Shown here: in pieces, positions 37,268-51,210 of the stretch | How positions within the stretch are numbered: the first letter of the stretch is position 1 | Layout: every line of letters begins with the position of its first letter | DNA from: Camelus dromedarius | Lineage: Eukaryota | Assembly (NCBI RefSeq): GCF_036321535.1 | Contig: NC_087436.1 | Location: forward strand, 65,970,001 to 66,034,000 | Length of the DNA: 64,000 bases | Direction of reading: 5' to 3' | Notes under the pieces: model-generated | The model's input: the letters and a program-made list of their open reading frames with translations, nothing else | Database searches by the model: none | Told to the model about the DNA's origin: nothing | Position numbers and translations under genes: made by a program

Positions 37268-40200
37268 CCAAATAATTGGTGCTTTGAAAAAAGAGAATTT
37301 AGGCAATGGCATTCATTTTTTAAAGCATGATATAATTATCAAAATGACAACTTTAAGCAGAGAAAGTCCTAGAAAATTTCATGTGTGTATTAATTTATTT
37401 TTGTTTGCCTAATTTCCAAGAAAGCTTTTCTCTCTTATACTATATACTACTTTTGAAAATAGTAGAAAAGTGTAAGTCACATACCAGACAGCCCTCATGC
37501 GCTCTCTCTCTCTTTCCCTCTGAGATGTAAAAAGCTTGGTCAAACATTTGACTATTCCTCAGATTTTAAGGTCATAATTCAAGAAAATATTTAACTATAC
37601 TAACAATTATAAGAAATTATATTCAATTAAACTGTGAACTGAAAAAAACAGATGATTTACTTAGAACATAATGATGAACCTATTTTCTTAATCTATTTGT
37701 GTTTTCCGATTAGATAACAACACAAATGTAAAAACCTGCATAAAAATAGCATTATTTACATGTAAAGTTAAAATCCTTACTCATTATTTATTTGATAAAA
37801 GCATAAATACATTCTCATTTCAATAACAATAATTACAGAAATTTCAAGGTTTCACTTAAAATATAAATAAAATTGTGACTTAAAAATAAAACACTGAATT
37901 ACACATATTTTAACCAGACCACAATCCAGTGCATTTTAAAATTAAGTTACACAGAAAGTGTAATCTGAAAATGTTCAATAAAAAAGCTTACTTCAAAATG
38001 CAATTTTTTTGCAACTTTAATATACCAATTTTTTTTAAAAAAAAGAAAAGAAAGAGGGAGGGGGGAAAGAAGGAAGGGAGGTAGGAAAGGAAGCAAAAGC
38101 AAAAATCAGGAGTAGAATAGAAAAAACATAACTACTTTTTAAATTATTTACAGTATATAATAATTTTACAATCTTGAATTTCAGTGCTCAAAAGTCTGTA
38201 TCTGTCCTTTACTATAAGATACCTTTACTGCAGAACAGAGCCATTTTCCAGAATCAATTTTCATTTATAGGTGGGTTAATAAAGGAGCTTTTTAGCATTT
38301 TCTGTACCTTGGAGGTATTCCTAAGAACTGAGACATAGTGCATGCCTTAAAATGATGATGAAAAACTTTACTAAGTCAAAGAAGACAAGAAATCAGATTT
38401 ACATGTAAAAAATATTTCCCAAAGAAATTAAGGTTTCAATGCATGCTATGTTCATATGTAAAGCCAAAGGCTGAATTTTTGCATGTGAAGTACTTCTTTT
38501 CTATTATAGTACCTTATCTACAAATTGGATATGGTCATGTGTCACATAAATATTGAATAAGAAGTTAGGATGTCAATTTTATCAAAGTTCCATCTGATTA
38601 TAATGCAGAATAGTTTTAAGCAGAGGCCTCTGTGGGCCTGCTTCCACTATTAGAGATATGGATAAATTACAAACTTATTGGCTGCCGAACCCATAAGTTA
38701 TACAGTAGTCACTTCTATAACAGAAGCACCAGAATAAAAATCACATTTCACAACTTGAGCTTTTTTTTTTTGGTATATCAAGTTTATTACATTGTGTGAT
38801 GAAATTCATGAAGAATTAAGTCTAATCTATTCGGTAATTAATTGTTAAAGGATAAAAAAAAATCAATCTCCTGACAGATAAGTTTGCCTACGCAACATAT
38901 TCATAACTACTCCCTTACAAGCACACCCAAATCCATTGCTGTCTTCCGCCAGTAAGTGGAAATCCTTGGGGCTGAGCTGGGGGCCTGAGGAGGGTTTATC
39001 TTCCCAAAGAATAAAAAGAAAAGATTAAGAATAAAGACAATTTCATTCTTTCAAATCTATTCTGGCCAGAATTGTGCATATAAGACCAAGAGATACTGAA
39101 GGCTCCAACAATATGAGAATAAAGCTGTATGCTAATGACTGAAGGACCTAGTTCCCTGGCAGCAAGCAATGTTAAGCTGCAATACCTACCACATCCAAAC
39201 TCTCTTATATCTTAATTTCTTGTCATGTAATATAAATAAATCAGTGATCTGCCTTTGGTTATGCTAAGTGGAGTGTATTTTTAAAACATGCTTTAGAAAC
39301 CCATTTATTATACTATCACATAATAGATCTTCATATCATCCTTCATGGAAAGCTTTTGAATTATAATTTCTGGAAGACTGAAAAATTATATTTACTATAA
39401 TCAAGCTATTTTTAAATCCAAATCATATAACAACAATGCTAATAATAAATACTTCCAATGAAAATTCATATAAAATTTTAACATTACTTCTTGCCATTTT
39501 AAATGTCAACAGTACCCATTAATATACTGGCAACTTTTATAAATAAAAATATTTCCAATTCATATACATTGTCATTTATTCCTTTGATTATACCATTACC
39601 TCATTATCATTATACACAATTCATTATTTTATAACAAGCATTATAAATATTAGAAATTCAAGTATCTAAGACATATATGCTTTTTAAAGTATCTATTTAA
39701 GAAAAAAATCTTTTTTTAACAGTCTCAAAATATAAAAATGCATTCAATTAAATGCATGGTATTTCATGAAATTTTCAGTTAATTTAAAGACTGACCAGTA
39801 GTTACAGATGACTACTATTCTTCATTTTGCTCTAGACACTTTAATCAACCTGCAGGCATGTTAGGATCAATCAATTGCAGCAGTTGTGTTCATTCATCTT
39901 TGTCCTGCCATTCATCCCATGGCAGCAAGGAGCACACTGTGTAATTGAATTTGGTTGAAATCTAATATAAGGGCAAACTGTGACACAACAGCTATAGTCA
40001 GTTTGATTCAAAAATCTGAGCACAGATATCCGTTTGCTGCTTTCAGCCGGAGGAGTAGGATACACCATTCTACAATAGCACCACAAATGAGAGCTCTGGG
40101 GAAAAGGTACACAGTATGCTTCAGGACACATCAAGTGTTCATGGATTCTCAGCTGAAAAATTACATATGGCTAGAGGAAGGAGAGTACCATGTACAATAA

Positions 40201-43200
40201 GATTTTTATAGAAAATAAGGCTATATAGCTTAAGGCTTAGAATCTTTTTCAGGACACATAAGCTAATGTCTTAAAGTTTTCGGAGAGTATTGTCACATAT
40301 TTAGGAAAAGTTATGTGACACAGTAAAATTCTCTGTTTTAGAGATTTGGAGAATCTGAAATTTATGTCTATACCTGTATACCTAAAAATCTATTGGCACA
40401 TCCATATTTATATATAATTGTGTTTGCAGCAGAGTTCTGTCTTTGGTTGTGTTTTTGAAGTTGGAAATGTAATCAAAGCTAGCCTTATATGAATGAGAAT
40501 AATCATATGGATTTTTTTTTTTATATTTAAAGAAAGCAACAAGTTTTCTCCATTCCACTTCCAGTCCAGTAAATCCTTGGAGAGTTTTGAGCCTGTATAA
40601 TCCACACTTTACTCAATAAATTGTTTGACTGTATTTTCTGGGTTACATTTAATTCTTCATTTTCAATTTTGAATATCAATTCTTATATCACTATAGTTTA
40701 CTTCATCACATATAACTGCAAATGTTCTGATCTCAAAATGTTAAAGATTACATTTAGAGATAAAAGATACTCAGACAACAAGTTTTTCTTATGAGATAAA
40801 TTCAACGGAAAACGGTCATTTTTAACTGGATTCTTCTCCCACTACTACCTTTATAAAATGAAATTTAAAGATAAATTTTTGAACAGTAACCACTGTAATT
40901 ATCCATTCAACTTTCTGTCCTTTATCATGAGAATCAAAATAATTTGCTTATAAAAGGTAAAAAAAAAAGTTATATCAAATTAATCATCAAAACTTACGGA
41001 GAGTATAGTAAAAGTGCCTTAATCTGTGCCACAAAATAATTTTAAAAGTCTCTCCCAATTCTAACATTCTCTGAGTCTGCGAATATATAACTATGTAAAT
41101 TAGGCCACATACTGTTCAGTGATTTCCTCTACCCAAAATTTTGTTTGATTTTTAAAATTTCATGATATATTCAACTGACTAAATCATCTTTATCTATATC
41201 AAATAGCAATTTTATTCCAGTCATTTGGTTTTCTGTGGAGTACAAGTAAAAAGTACGTTTTATAGGAGTATAATTATATTTTTCTTCCTTCTATGAAAAC
41301 CTATTAAATATTAGTTGTGTCTTCTTTTTTTCCTTTATCTCTTGTTGGATAAGGGAAAAAGGATTTGATTGGGAGTAAAAATGTGAAAGGAAAAATATAC
41401 TTAAATAATTGTACCAAGTCGTCATCTTTCATAACCCTACAACGAAAGAATTGCTTACATTAAGAAGGTTTGTTTTTATTGTGTGGTTAGATTTTTTTGT
41501 TAAATTTATTATGTTTTGTTTTGTTTTGTTGACTTTGATTTAACTAGGATGTCCCCCTTTTATAAAATCAACCAACAAAAAAGGGATTTTTTAGAATCAC
41601 TTCACAAGAACTGTTTATTTTCAATAGGAAATATATATCAAGTTTAAAGAGATTTCGAGTCCAATTAGTGTGCAAAATATTTTGCTATGACAAAGTGTAT
41701 AAAAGTAGAAAATATGAAATATCATTGTTCCCTCCAAATATATGTAAATGTAACTTTCTATTCATAATGAGTTTATTTGTAACATAATTTACTAAATTTT
41801 TCCATTAGTTGTGAAAATGTTACAGTAGGAATTAGTTGATTTTTGTAATTTGGCTAGTAATATAAAAGAGATCAGTATTGCTTAATTTTAATCAAGTTGT
41901 TAGTGGATTACTCTGATTTAAAGACTGTATGGTTAAGCTGTTCTGAATTTAACATAGATCTCTCTGCAGTAGTTGAGCATGTATCAAATGCATTTTATTG
42001 AAAGGTTAACAAAAATTTACTAATAAAATAATCTTATTTATTCCTCTTTTCACTAGTTAAATGAACTGAATAAAATACATTGTATAGAATCATCCAAGGA
42101 AAGACAAGAATATAACGTGTAGACAGTAAGGTTAGTTATGAACCATAAAAGGGAAAACATTGTGTTACAGGAAAACTTATCGAATTGTCTCAGCTGATAG
42201 GTTTAAAATAAAAAGTAGAATGATATAGATAAATTTCAAGAAGTTATAAATGCAAGAGTTTGGAACTACAAAAATCTTTGATATAAAATATAAAAGATTC
42301 ATTCAACTTTATTTGTGGTAAGTACTACATGGTGCTCCATAACAAGTGGAAGGAACAAAGCTTCATGTATTTACCTTTATTAGAAATTGGTAAGTTGGTG
42401 AAAGCAAAGGACAGCAAATGATAACTATTAATTCTAAAGCATATAAAACTAAGAATGGCACTGAAGGCTTTTTGAAATTTATTTACCATGAGAAGATTCA
42501 GAAAATGTGTTTTCTTATTCTTTATTTAAAAAAAAAAAAACTACTTTTGTGATCTGCAACTTTATATTGCTAATAAACAGCTGGATCAACTGGAAATGTC
42601 AGTCAGTTTAAATTCAAATGATTCTACGGTTTCAGAAAATTAAACCTAGGAATGAGTATAGATTAGCTTTTTCCAAATGATCCATTTTCTGCCTCTTTGC
42701 ATAGAAATAGGCAGCATCAATGCAGTACTTTTTAGTGCCTTATAAAGGGGAATCCTTAAAGAGTTTAGTTGGTATTAGACTGTACATATGGCTTTCTGCA
42801 TAAAAATAAAGATGTTTGCTAAACTAATCAAATGGGAGCAAGTTCAGTATGCTGAGAGTCTGTAAAATTACATTTTAAGCAGTCAATCACTGAAATATTT
42901 ATTTTCAGTCCTTGCTCTTTCCTCAAGGTTTACAAGTTGATATTTGCCTTTTACAATTGATATTTGTTTTTCATTTATTAATAGCACACATATCTTACTG
43001 TAATGAAAAGAAGATTTTGCGACATTTTGGAAAATTATCAGAAATAGCACTAGCTTAATTTAAGGTTAATTTAAGAAAGACGATGCTAGGTATTGGTCCC
43101 TTCATGCTATTTGTCATTATTTTGTCACCACTTTCCGTCTCTTGCCCCATTGTAGTCTAGTGTCCTCATGCAACTCAAATGACACTTTACCTGCTCTGTA

Positions 43201-43419
43201 TCTTCCTCAGTAAATTGTATTGCTCTTTTGTTTTAAATAATAGGGGAATCTATCAATCTGATAAACATGTACTAAGATATGGTTAGTTAATATTTAATAA
43301 AGTAACCTTCAATGTATAGAAGTTTGCATGGTTAAGAAGTTTTCCAGAACCAGAGCAACTACAAGACAATAATGATCGCACATCACTGTGATAACTAAAG
43401 AGTGAAATGTTTCCAACCT

Positions 43420-46380
43420 GATATGATCCCAAATTCCATTCTAAAGAGAAAATGAAATTCAAAGTAAGCAGAAGAAATGAAACAATGACGATCAGAGTAG
43501 AAATCAATAATTTAAAGCACAAAAGCAAGAGAATAAAAGTCAATTTTAAAGATCAATAACATAAATGAGCCAGGCCGATTAGCCAGGCAAAATCAAGAAA
43601 AGAGGAAATGTTTCCAATATCAGAAACAAAGAGGTAACATGAATATAGATATTAAGAATTAAAAGACAATAAAAGAATATTACTAGCAATACTATACCAA
43701 CATATTGATAACTTAAAGGAAGTGGAAAAACTGCTCAAAAGATACAAAATGCCAAAGCACAATTAAAAAGAAACAGATAACTAAACTATTAGTACACACA
43801 TTAAAGAAATTTAATTTGTAGTTAGAAACATTCCCTTAATTGAAGCTTTAGGCCAGATGGCTTCACTAGTGAATTCTACTATACTTTTTATACCAATTCT
43901 ACTATACTTTGATACCAAGTGTACATAATTTCTGCTAGAAATAAGACAAAAGAGAATCCTCTTAACTTGCTCTGTAAGTCATAACAAAATCAGCAGAAAC
44001 AATATAAGAAAACAAAGCCACAGATTAACACCTCTTGTGAACACACAGAAAAATTCTTAACAAAATTATAGCAAATTGAATATAGGAAAATATAAATTTT
44101 TAGGAAATCAAATGTAGGAAAGCATAAAAAAGATAATTATGACAATATAGATTTCATCTCAAAGAAATATAAGATTGCTTTAACATATGAAAATCAACCA
44201 ATTCAATTCACCATATTACCAGACTAAGAAAGTAGAACCATATGATCATCTCAACAGATGCAAAAACAAGAGACAAAATTTAGCACTGATTCATGACTTA
44301 AAAAAAGACTTTGTAAACTCATAACAAAATGGAAACAGATAAACGGCATCTCTAAAATTCTGACTGATAAATACTTAATGGTAAAAACAATATTTTCCCC
44401 TTAAGATCAAGAACAAGTCAGAGTTAAGCATTCTCACCATTTCTATTCCTCATTGTACTGGATGTAATAATTTTTACAGAGAAAGAAAAAGAAAGAAATA
44501 AAATACTAAATAGAAAAAAATAAGTAAAATAGCTTTCACCAGTAGACAACTGAAGACCTACAGGAAAATCTAAGGATACTACAAAAGAGTTACTGGAATT
44601 ACGAGTGAGTTTAGCAAGGTCAAAAGATACAAGGTAAATCTAAATTATCAATTATATTTCTACATACTACATCAAATATTAGAAATTGAAATAAACATTT
44701 AAAATAGCATCAAAAACTGATATATTTAGACATAAACTTTACAAAGTGTCAATAGGTACACTGAAAGCTGCAGAGCACTTCTAAAATAAAGACATAAATA
44801 CATGAAAAAATATACTATGCTTATTGAACAGAAAAGTCATGGTGGTTAAAAAATAAATTCGTCCCATACTGATCTACAGATTCAATTAAATCCTGACAAA
44901 ATGAAGACTTTGTTTGGTATAAATTCACAATCTAATTATAAAATATATATGCACCTGGAAATGGCTAAAGTAATTACAAAAACAAACACACAAACAAATT
45001 TGGAGCATTTGCTCTATCTGATTTCAAGATTTACTATGAAGTCATAGTTACCAAGACTTATTTTCTGGTATCATGATAGAAATATAAAAATTGGAACATA
45101 ACAAAGTCCAAAAAAGACTTTCGGCAAGGGACATTATGTAAGTGACAGACTGATTTTCAGCAAAATACCAAGTAATTAAAATTGAAAGAGAGATTTTCAA
45201 CCAAGTCACTGAAACAATTGGATATCCATATACAAAACAAAAAACAAAAAAAATTACACTTACACCACAAAAAGTACCTCAAAATGTTTCACAGAGCTAT
45301 ATAAGAATACAAATTCTTTAGGAATAAAAACAGGATAAAATTGTGTGACTTTACCTTTCATCAAGATTTCTGAAACAACATATAAAAAAATAGTTAAAAA
45401 TTGATCTTCATCAAATGAACTTCATAAAAATTAAAATCCCTTTCTCTCCAAGGGTAATGTTAAGAAAATAAAAAGACAAGCTACATTTGAAGAAGATATT
45501 TGCATATCATGTAACTGATAAAGGACTTGTATCCAGAATAAATAAAGAGCTTCTAAAATTTAATAATAAGAAAAATAACCCAATTAAAAATGGGCATAAG
45601 TTTAAAGACACTTAACCAAAAAATATATCCCAATGCAAGTAAATACATGAAAAAAGGTTTAATATCAGTAATCAATATTAAATGCAAATTGAAACCATAC
45701 TGTGGTGCCACTATGTACACAGAATGGGTACAAGTTTAAATGTTGAAAATAGCAACTATTTGCAAGGATCCAGAATATAAAGTTCACACATTGCTGACAA
45801 GAATGAAAAAATATATAAATATACAGCCTCTTTGGTAAATAGTTTGGCAGTTTCTTAGAAGGTTAAACCTACATGTATCAGATGACCCAGCTCTCCCACT
45901 CCTAGCTATTTATCTAAGAGTTCATAAAAAATATTCAACACAAAGATTTGTATTCAACTGTATCTGTTCTGAGAAAATTTATTCATGATAGCCATAGTTA
46001 GAAATAACAAAAGGATACAGCAACTGGAATTTTGATTGATGATCTAATTTTGCATAATCATAACATAAAATATTGCTCAAAATTAAAAAGAATAAATGTT
46101 ATCACAGCAACATAGATAAATCTCAATAGCACTACTTACAGTGAAAAATGTCTGATACAGAAGACTACATACTATATTATTCCATTTACAATAAAGTCTA
46201 TGAAAAGCAAAAATTATGTTGCCAGAAAGCAACTGACTGGTTTCTAGAAGCTTGGTCAGGGGAGAGTAGTGGCAATATTCTATATCATGATTATAGTAGT
46301 GTTTATGCAACTGTATATATCTATCAAAACTCTTGGAACTGATCACTTAATAAATATTTTGTGTACAATAATGTTATTTG
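43420..46380 (+). mobile_element. Old 5'-truncated L1 (L1MD/L1ME-type): ORF2 remnant plus 3'UTR
   Basis: caaagtaagcagaagaaatgaaacaatgacgatcagagtagaaatcaat; ccagatggcttcactagtgaattctac; tatgatcatctcaacagatgca; gataaaggacttgtatccagaata; the 3'UTR ends near 46350. Confidence 0.88.
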
Positions 46381-46399
46381 AAAACAAAAGAAAAATATT

Positions 46400-47080
46400 C
46401 ATAAATTAGACTTCATAATTCAAATACAGTTTGTCAAAACTGATGAAAAAAGCAAAACTCAACTGCATGATATTTGCCAAAGAATAAGTTTTAAATTTAA
46501 AGAAAAAACAGATGCTGTGTAAATCATATGAATAATAATAAGAAGAAGAAAGGCATGATTATATAAATATCAGATTAAATAGTCTTCAAGACATCAGATA
46601 TTAAAGAGATTGAGAGTAACATTTAATAACGACAAAAGGTAATTCACTGGGAAGATATATACTTCATATATAGATTAATATTAGAGCTCAAAAATATATG
46701 GCAAGACATAAAAGATAAAAAGGGAGAAAAAGCGAATTACAAAACTAGAGTTGGAGATTTTATCATGCCCTCTCAGCAGTCAACAGAACAATTAGGTAAA
46801 CATGTGCAAACATCTATTTAATTTGAATAGTATTACAATCCCTTTGAACTGATATTTATAAGACCCTAAACATACTTTTCAGATGTACACAATATGTTCT
46901 CCAAGATAAACCATATTCTGGACCATAAAAACTAGTTTTAATAAATTTGTAAGGACCAAAATCATATGGAGTAAACTGACTACAGTAGAATTAAATTAAA
47001 TAACAGTAAAATATATGGGAAAAAATCCACATATTTGAAAATTTTAAATACAATTCTAAACAATCAAAGGCTAAATAAGA
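46400..47080 (+). mobile_element. Older L1M ORF2 endonuclease-region fragment
   Basis: atatcagattaaatagtcttcaag; gagttggagattttatcatgccctctcagcagtcaacagaaca; ccaagataaaccatattctggaccataaaa. Confidence 0.75.
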
Positions 47081-47689
47081 TTCCATTTCTTAGTCTGAGT
47101 GACTTTATAATGTTTAAATTATGCAATGTTTAAATATACTTAGTTGTCATGTATTTTATAATAAAATATTTTTAAAAGATAGAGTGAATTAGATTACTGA
47201 CTTTCTTATTCACATACTTCCAAAAATTGAAATAAAATCCAGACACATTTTATCACTATCAATGTAAGTGGAACAACCTGGTGATATAATGTTCAAAATA
47301 TTTTGGCCAAAGTATGAAATAAATTTTCTGACATAGTACAGCAAAATGCTTAAACCTATTTCTGAAAGCAATATCGAGAAATAAGTTTACATAGATCAAA
47401 GATCATTTCAAGGAAATCAAACTGGAAATCTAGGAAAAAAAGAAACTGAGACTATAATTGAACAGTTTAAGTAAAAATCCTCAAATATACTCCAGTTCAT
47501 AAGATCATATATATATTACTGCAGCATCTCAATAACATATTGAATAGTCACCAAGTATTAACATATTCTGGAGTAATTTCCATCTAGGATAATAGTGTAT
47601 AATACTAGAGCAGAGGATTGATATCATGGAGAAAGAAAGGAAAGGAGAGAGGAAAGAGGAGGGGAGGAGAGAGAAAGATACATGGTCTA

Positions 47690-48202
47690 TGTGTCTGGTT
47701 TCTCCAGACAACAGAATCAATAGGATATGTGTATATGTGTGTCTGTACCTATGTATACACATATATATATAAACACATATAATATGTATATGTATATGTG
47801 TGTGTGTATGTGTGTATACATGCATATATCTATATCTCTCTCTCTGAGATTATTTTAAGGAACTAGTTTATGTGACAACGGGGAATGGCAAGTCTGAAAT
47901 CTGCAGGGCACTTGGTAGGCTAGAGATTCAGGGAAGAGTTGATGTTGAAATTTAGACTCCAAAGGCAATCTGGAGGCAGAATTTCTTCTTCTTTGGGGAA
48001 CCTCATTCTTTTCTCTGAAGGCTTTCAACTAATTGGATGAGATCCATTCATACCAGGGAAGATAATCTGCTTTACTCAAAGTTAGCTGATCTAAATGCTA
48101 ATCATCTAAAAAATTCCTTAACAGCAACATCTAGACTGGTTTTTGACCAAACACCAGGCATCATACATAGCATCAACAAGCTGACATAAATCAACCATCA
48201 TA
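47690..48202 (-). mobile_element. ERVL LTR (MLT2D-like) with internal TA/TG microsatellite (~47725-47845)
   Basis: ttctccagacaacagaatcaataggata..ggcaagtctgaaatctgcagggca..tctggaggcagaattt..ttcaactaattggatgag..acagcaacatctagactggtttttgaccaaac..aaccatca. Confidence 0.9.
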
Positions 48203-49229
48203 TACGGGAAAGATGAATTTGGTTAAAAGAAAAATATAATCTAATTAAAGAATAGAAGAAAATATTCTTTAATTGCTTTGTATGGTAGAATAACTTAATA
48301 AAATGTGCATGTATTAAAAATGTTAAATAATGATGCGTTATATTAAATGATACATTAAAATGGAAAGATTTCTTATAGCTAAAAAATGGACTTAGAAAAA
48401 ACAGCATTACTTACTTAACAATATCAATAACAAGGGAGAGTAAGTCTCATGTTGAAAACCAAATTACAGGCAGGGAGGACTTGAAATAGTTACAGACAAT
48501 ACAGAAAAAATATAACTAAAATTTAAATAACCAGAAACGAAACCAAATCTATGGAAGAACCCACAAAGACAAATCAACAATACATACATTTCTCTCAGGA
48601 GTCAAGAAACTAAATGAATAGAACAGAAAATATATACTAGGCTAAAGTGGAGAAACATTTCCCCCCATTGGAAACTCCTATAAGAGAACTAATTTCAGAT
48701 CAAAGGGTGTATCTCATTATAAGAAAAAAAGTGAAAAAAAAAAAGATTAAAATATATTCACGTTATACTACTGTTGGTCAAAGATAAAGACTTTTTCTTT
48801 TTCTAGCTTCCACAGAAGTGGGGGGAAAAAAGATAAAACACTTAAAGCGAAGAAAATCCGACTTGTATTTTGCTGTTCTACAACCATTTTTAAAGCCAGA
48901 TAAAGTTAGAGAAATATCCATAGTCTTGAGAGCATCAAACTTCCAGTCATATGCTATTTCTATGTTCAACAGCCACTCATCATCAAAAAACTAGAGCTCC
49001 TGGTAACTTGAATATGCATTAACCTTCTTTAGAGGGAAAAATTTAGTTTTAAACATAGCCAAGAAAGTAATCAAACAAATACACCAAAATAATAACAATT
49101 GAGGATGAATATCAGTTTCTATTTCAGTATATTAATGAGATTTAACATTAATGAGATCAAATTTGTTTATAATTATAGAAAAAGAATAAAAGATAAAATA
49201 CCTTTAAATAGTGATACAGTACCAGATTT

Positions 49230-49860
49230 GAAAATCAGGAAAGCAAGTATTGGCAAGGATATGGAGAAATAGAAACATTTGTAAACTGTTAAAGAAATAT
49301 AAGATCATGCAGCCACCGTGGAAAATGGTTCAACAGTTATTCAAAAAGTTAAATATAGAATTACTACAAGACTCAGCAATTCTACTCCTAGGTACATATC
49401 CAAGAAAAATGAAAATATATGTCCAAACATAATCTTGTAATGTTTATAACAATATTATTCATAAAAGCCAAAAGTTAGAAATAGCCCAAATGTCCATTAA
49501 TGGACAAATTAACAAATGTTGTGTTTACATATGACTACCATTCAACCATAAAAAGCAATGAAGTCCTGATGCATGTTACAACATGGATGAAACTTGTAAA
49601 CATTATGCTAAGTGAAAGAAACCAAATACAAAACATTACATATTATAGTTTCCTTTTATATGAAACACCCAAATAGGCTAATTCATTTAGACAGAATGCA
49701 GATTAGTGGTTTCAGTGGATAGGGTTGGGGAAAAGGAAAATTTTTCAAAACTGGAGAGAGGTGGCATTTACATAATATTGTGAATTCACTAAATGTCACT
49801 GAATTGTGTATCTTAAAAAGGCTAACTAATGTTTACGTTCATTTTACCTCAATAAATTAA
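49230..49860 (+). mobile_element. L1MB-type 3' end
   Basis: aaaaagttaaatatagaattact..cagcaattctactcctaggtacatatccaagaaaaatgaaaa..catggatgaaacttgtaaacattatgctaagtgaaagaa..ttttacctcaataaa. Confidence 0.88.
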
Positions 49861-49875
49861 AGCAGACTTTTTACA

Positions 49876-49901
<26 letters not shown>
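49876..49901. repeat. (AC)13 microsatellite
   Basis: Perfect AC run just after the L1MB tail. Confidence 0.95.
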
Positions 49902-49906
<5 letters not shown>

Positions 49907-50324
49907 TGTAAATAATCAATGAAATACCAAATATCCATCAGCCATTTTATGGGTGAAAACAATCTGTCAAAAATCATTTGGCTTCCTTGAAAATATATAG
50001 GAATATATAAATCAGAGCAAGAACCTATGTCCAGCATTGTACCACTTCAGCCATGAAAGCTAAAATGTACATTACATGGGTGTAGCCTATAATACAACAG
50101 ACAATCACTAAAAAAAAAAGAAAAGAGAAGAGAAAATTCTTAGTAATACAATGAAACTTCTACAAAGTGGGAGGGAGAGAAAGGGGCAGGGGGAGAGGGA
50201 GAGAGAGACAGAGCCAGAGATTTAATTTATTGGTGAATATTAAAAGAAAATCAGATGTTTTGAACACAGAAAGTGTGTTCACTGTTATTAAATTAAGTGG
50301 TTAATGTTCAATTTTGCTTTTCTT

Positions 50325-50750
50325 TATTAAATATATATGGAGCACCTATTCTGAGCTAGGCATAGGGTAAGTTCCAGAGTTAGAGTGCTAAGCAAAAAGA
50401 GCAGGTATCTTGAAGAGATGATGGTCGTGAGAAAGCAAACAATGATGAGTAAATAAATACTTTTCTGAGAATGTTAAGCTCTATGAAGGAACAAAATAGG
50501 GTAATGTGCAAATGATAGAGTGGTGAGAAAAAATCATACTGATAAAATGATGTTTGGTGAATCATGATTGACAAGGAGCCTGCAATGAGAATGTAGAGGA
50601 CACGAGAATTTCAGACAAGAGGATGTCAGACAACTTTACAGTATTTAAGCAACTGGAGGAAAAACAACTTTTTAATTAAAGCACGCTAAACAAGAAGAAT
50701 GCTACATGATGAGAGCCAAGGGATAAAAAGGACCAAACTTATAATACCTT
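50325..50750 (-). mobile_element. L2 3' fragment
   Basis: aaatatatatggagcacctattctgagctaggca..gaaggaacaaaatagggtaatg. Confidence 0.6.
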
Positions 50751-50761
50751 AATATTGACAG

Positions 50762-51210
50762 TGTTATAAATTACCTGAGCCTGTGACAGTGGAAAAGCTT
50801 CCTACCTGTTTTGTGTTCAAAGAACCTGCTTTCAGCAAACACTCTTCCCCATGTGATTCAGATAAAACAAGACAGGCCAGACACAGACTTCCAAATTCCC
50901 ATTCTTACCCTCATAAATAGCTGAACTATTTGTATGCACTGATCAATCAGAACAATATGCCTGTTAATCTGACTTAAGGAAACTACATTAAGGTTCTCTC
51001 CTCCCAAGACTTCAACTTCGACATACCTTCAGCCTCAATCCCTCTTGAGAACTGACTATCTTCAGGGTAAAACATACTCTAATCTGTGGCCCCAGCACCC
51101 CACTTCCAACCATTCATTGGCTTTCCTACACTGTTCTTAGTCTTCAATCCTCCTTATGAAAGAAAAAGCTTTTTATATTTGACCTCTGAGACATTTGCAG
51201 ATCTTTTAAG
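50762..51210 (+). mobile_element. Old ERV1 (MER4-group-like) LTR remnant
   Basis: gacttccaaattcccattctt..cactgatcaatcagaacaa..cttatgaaagaaaaagctttt..tttgacctctgagacatttgcagatc. Confidence 0.55.

Noticed and set aside
39871..40200. Overlapping 81-87 aa ORFs as a coding exon
   Set aside because: I see no recognisable homology and no convincing splice-site pair; the region is retained only as a non-coding candidate.
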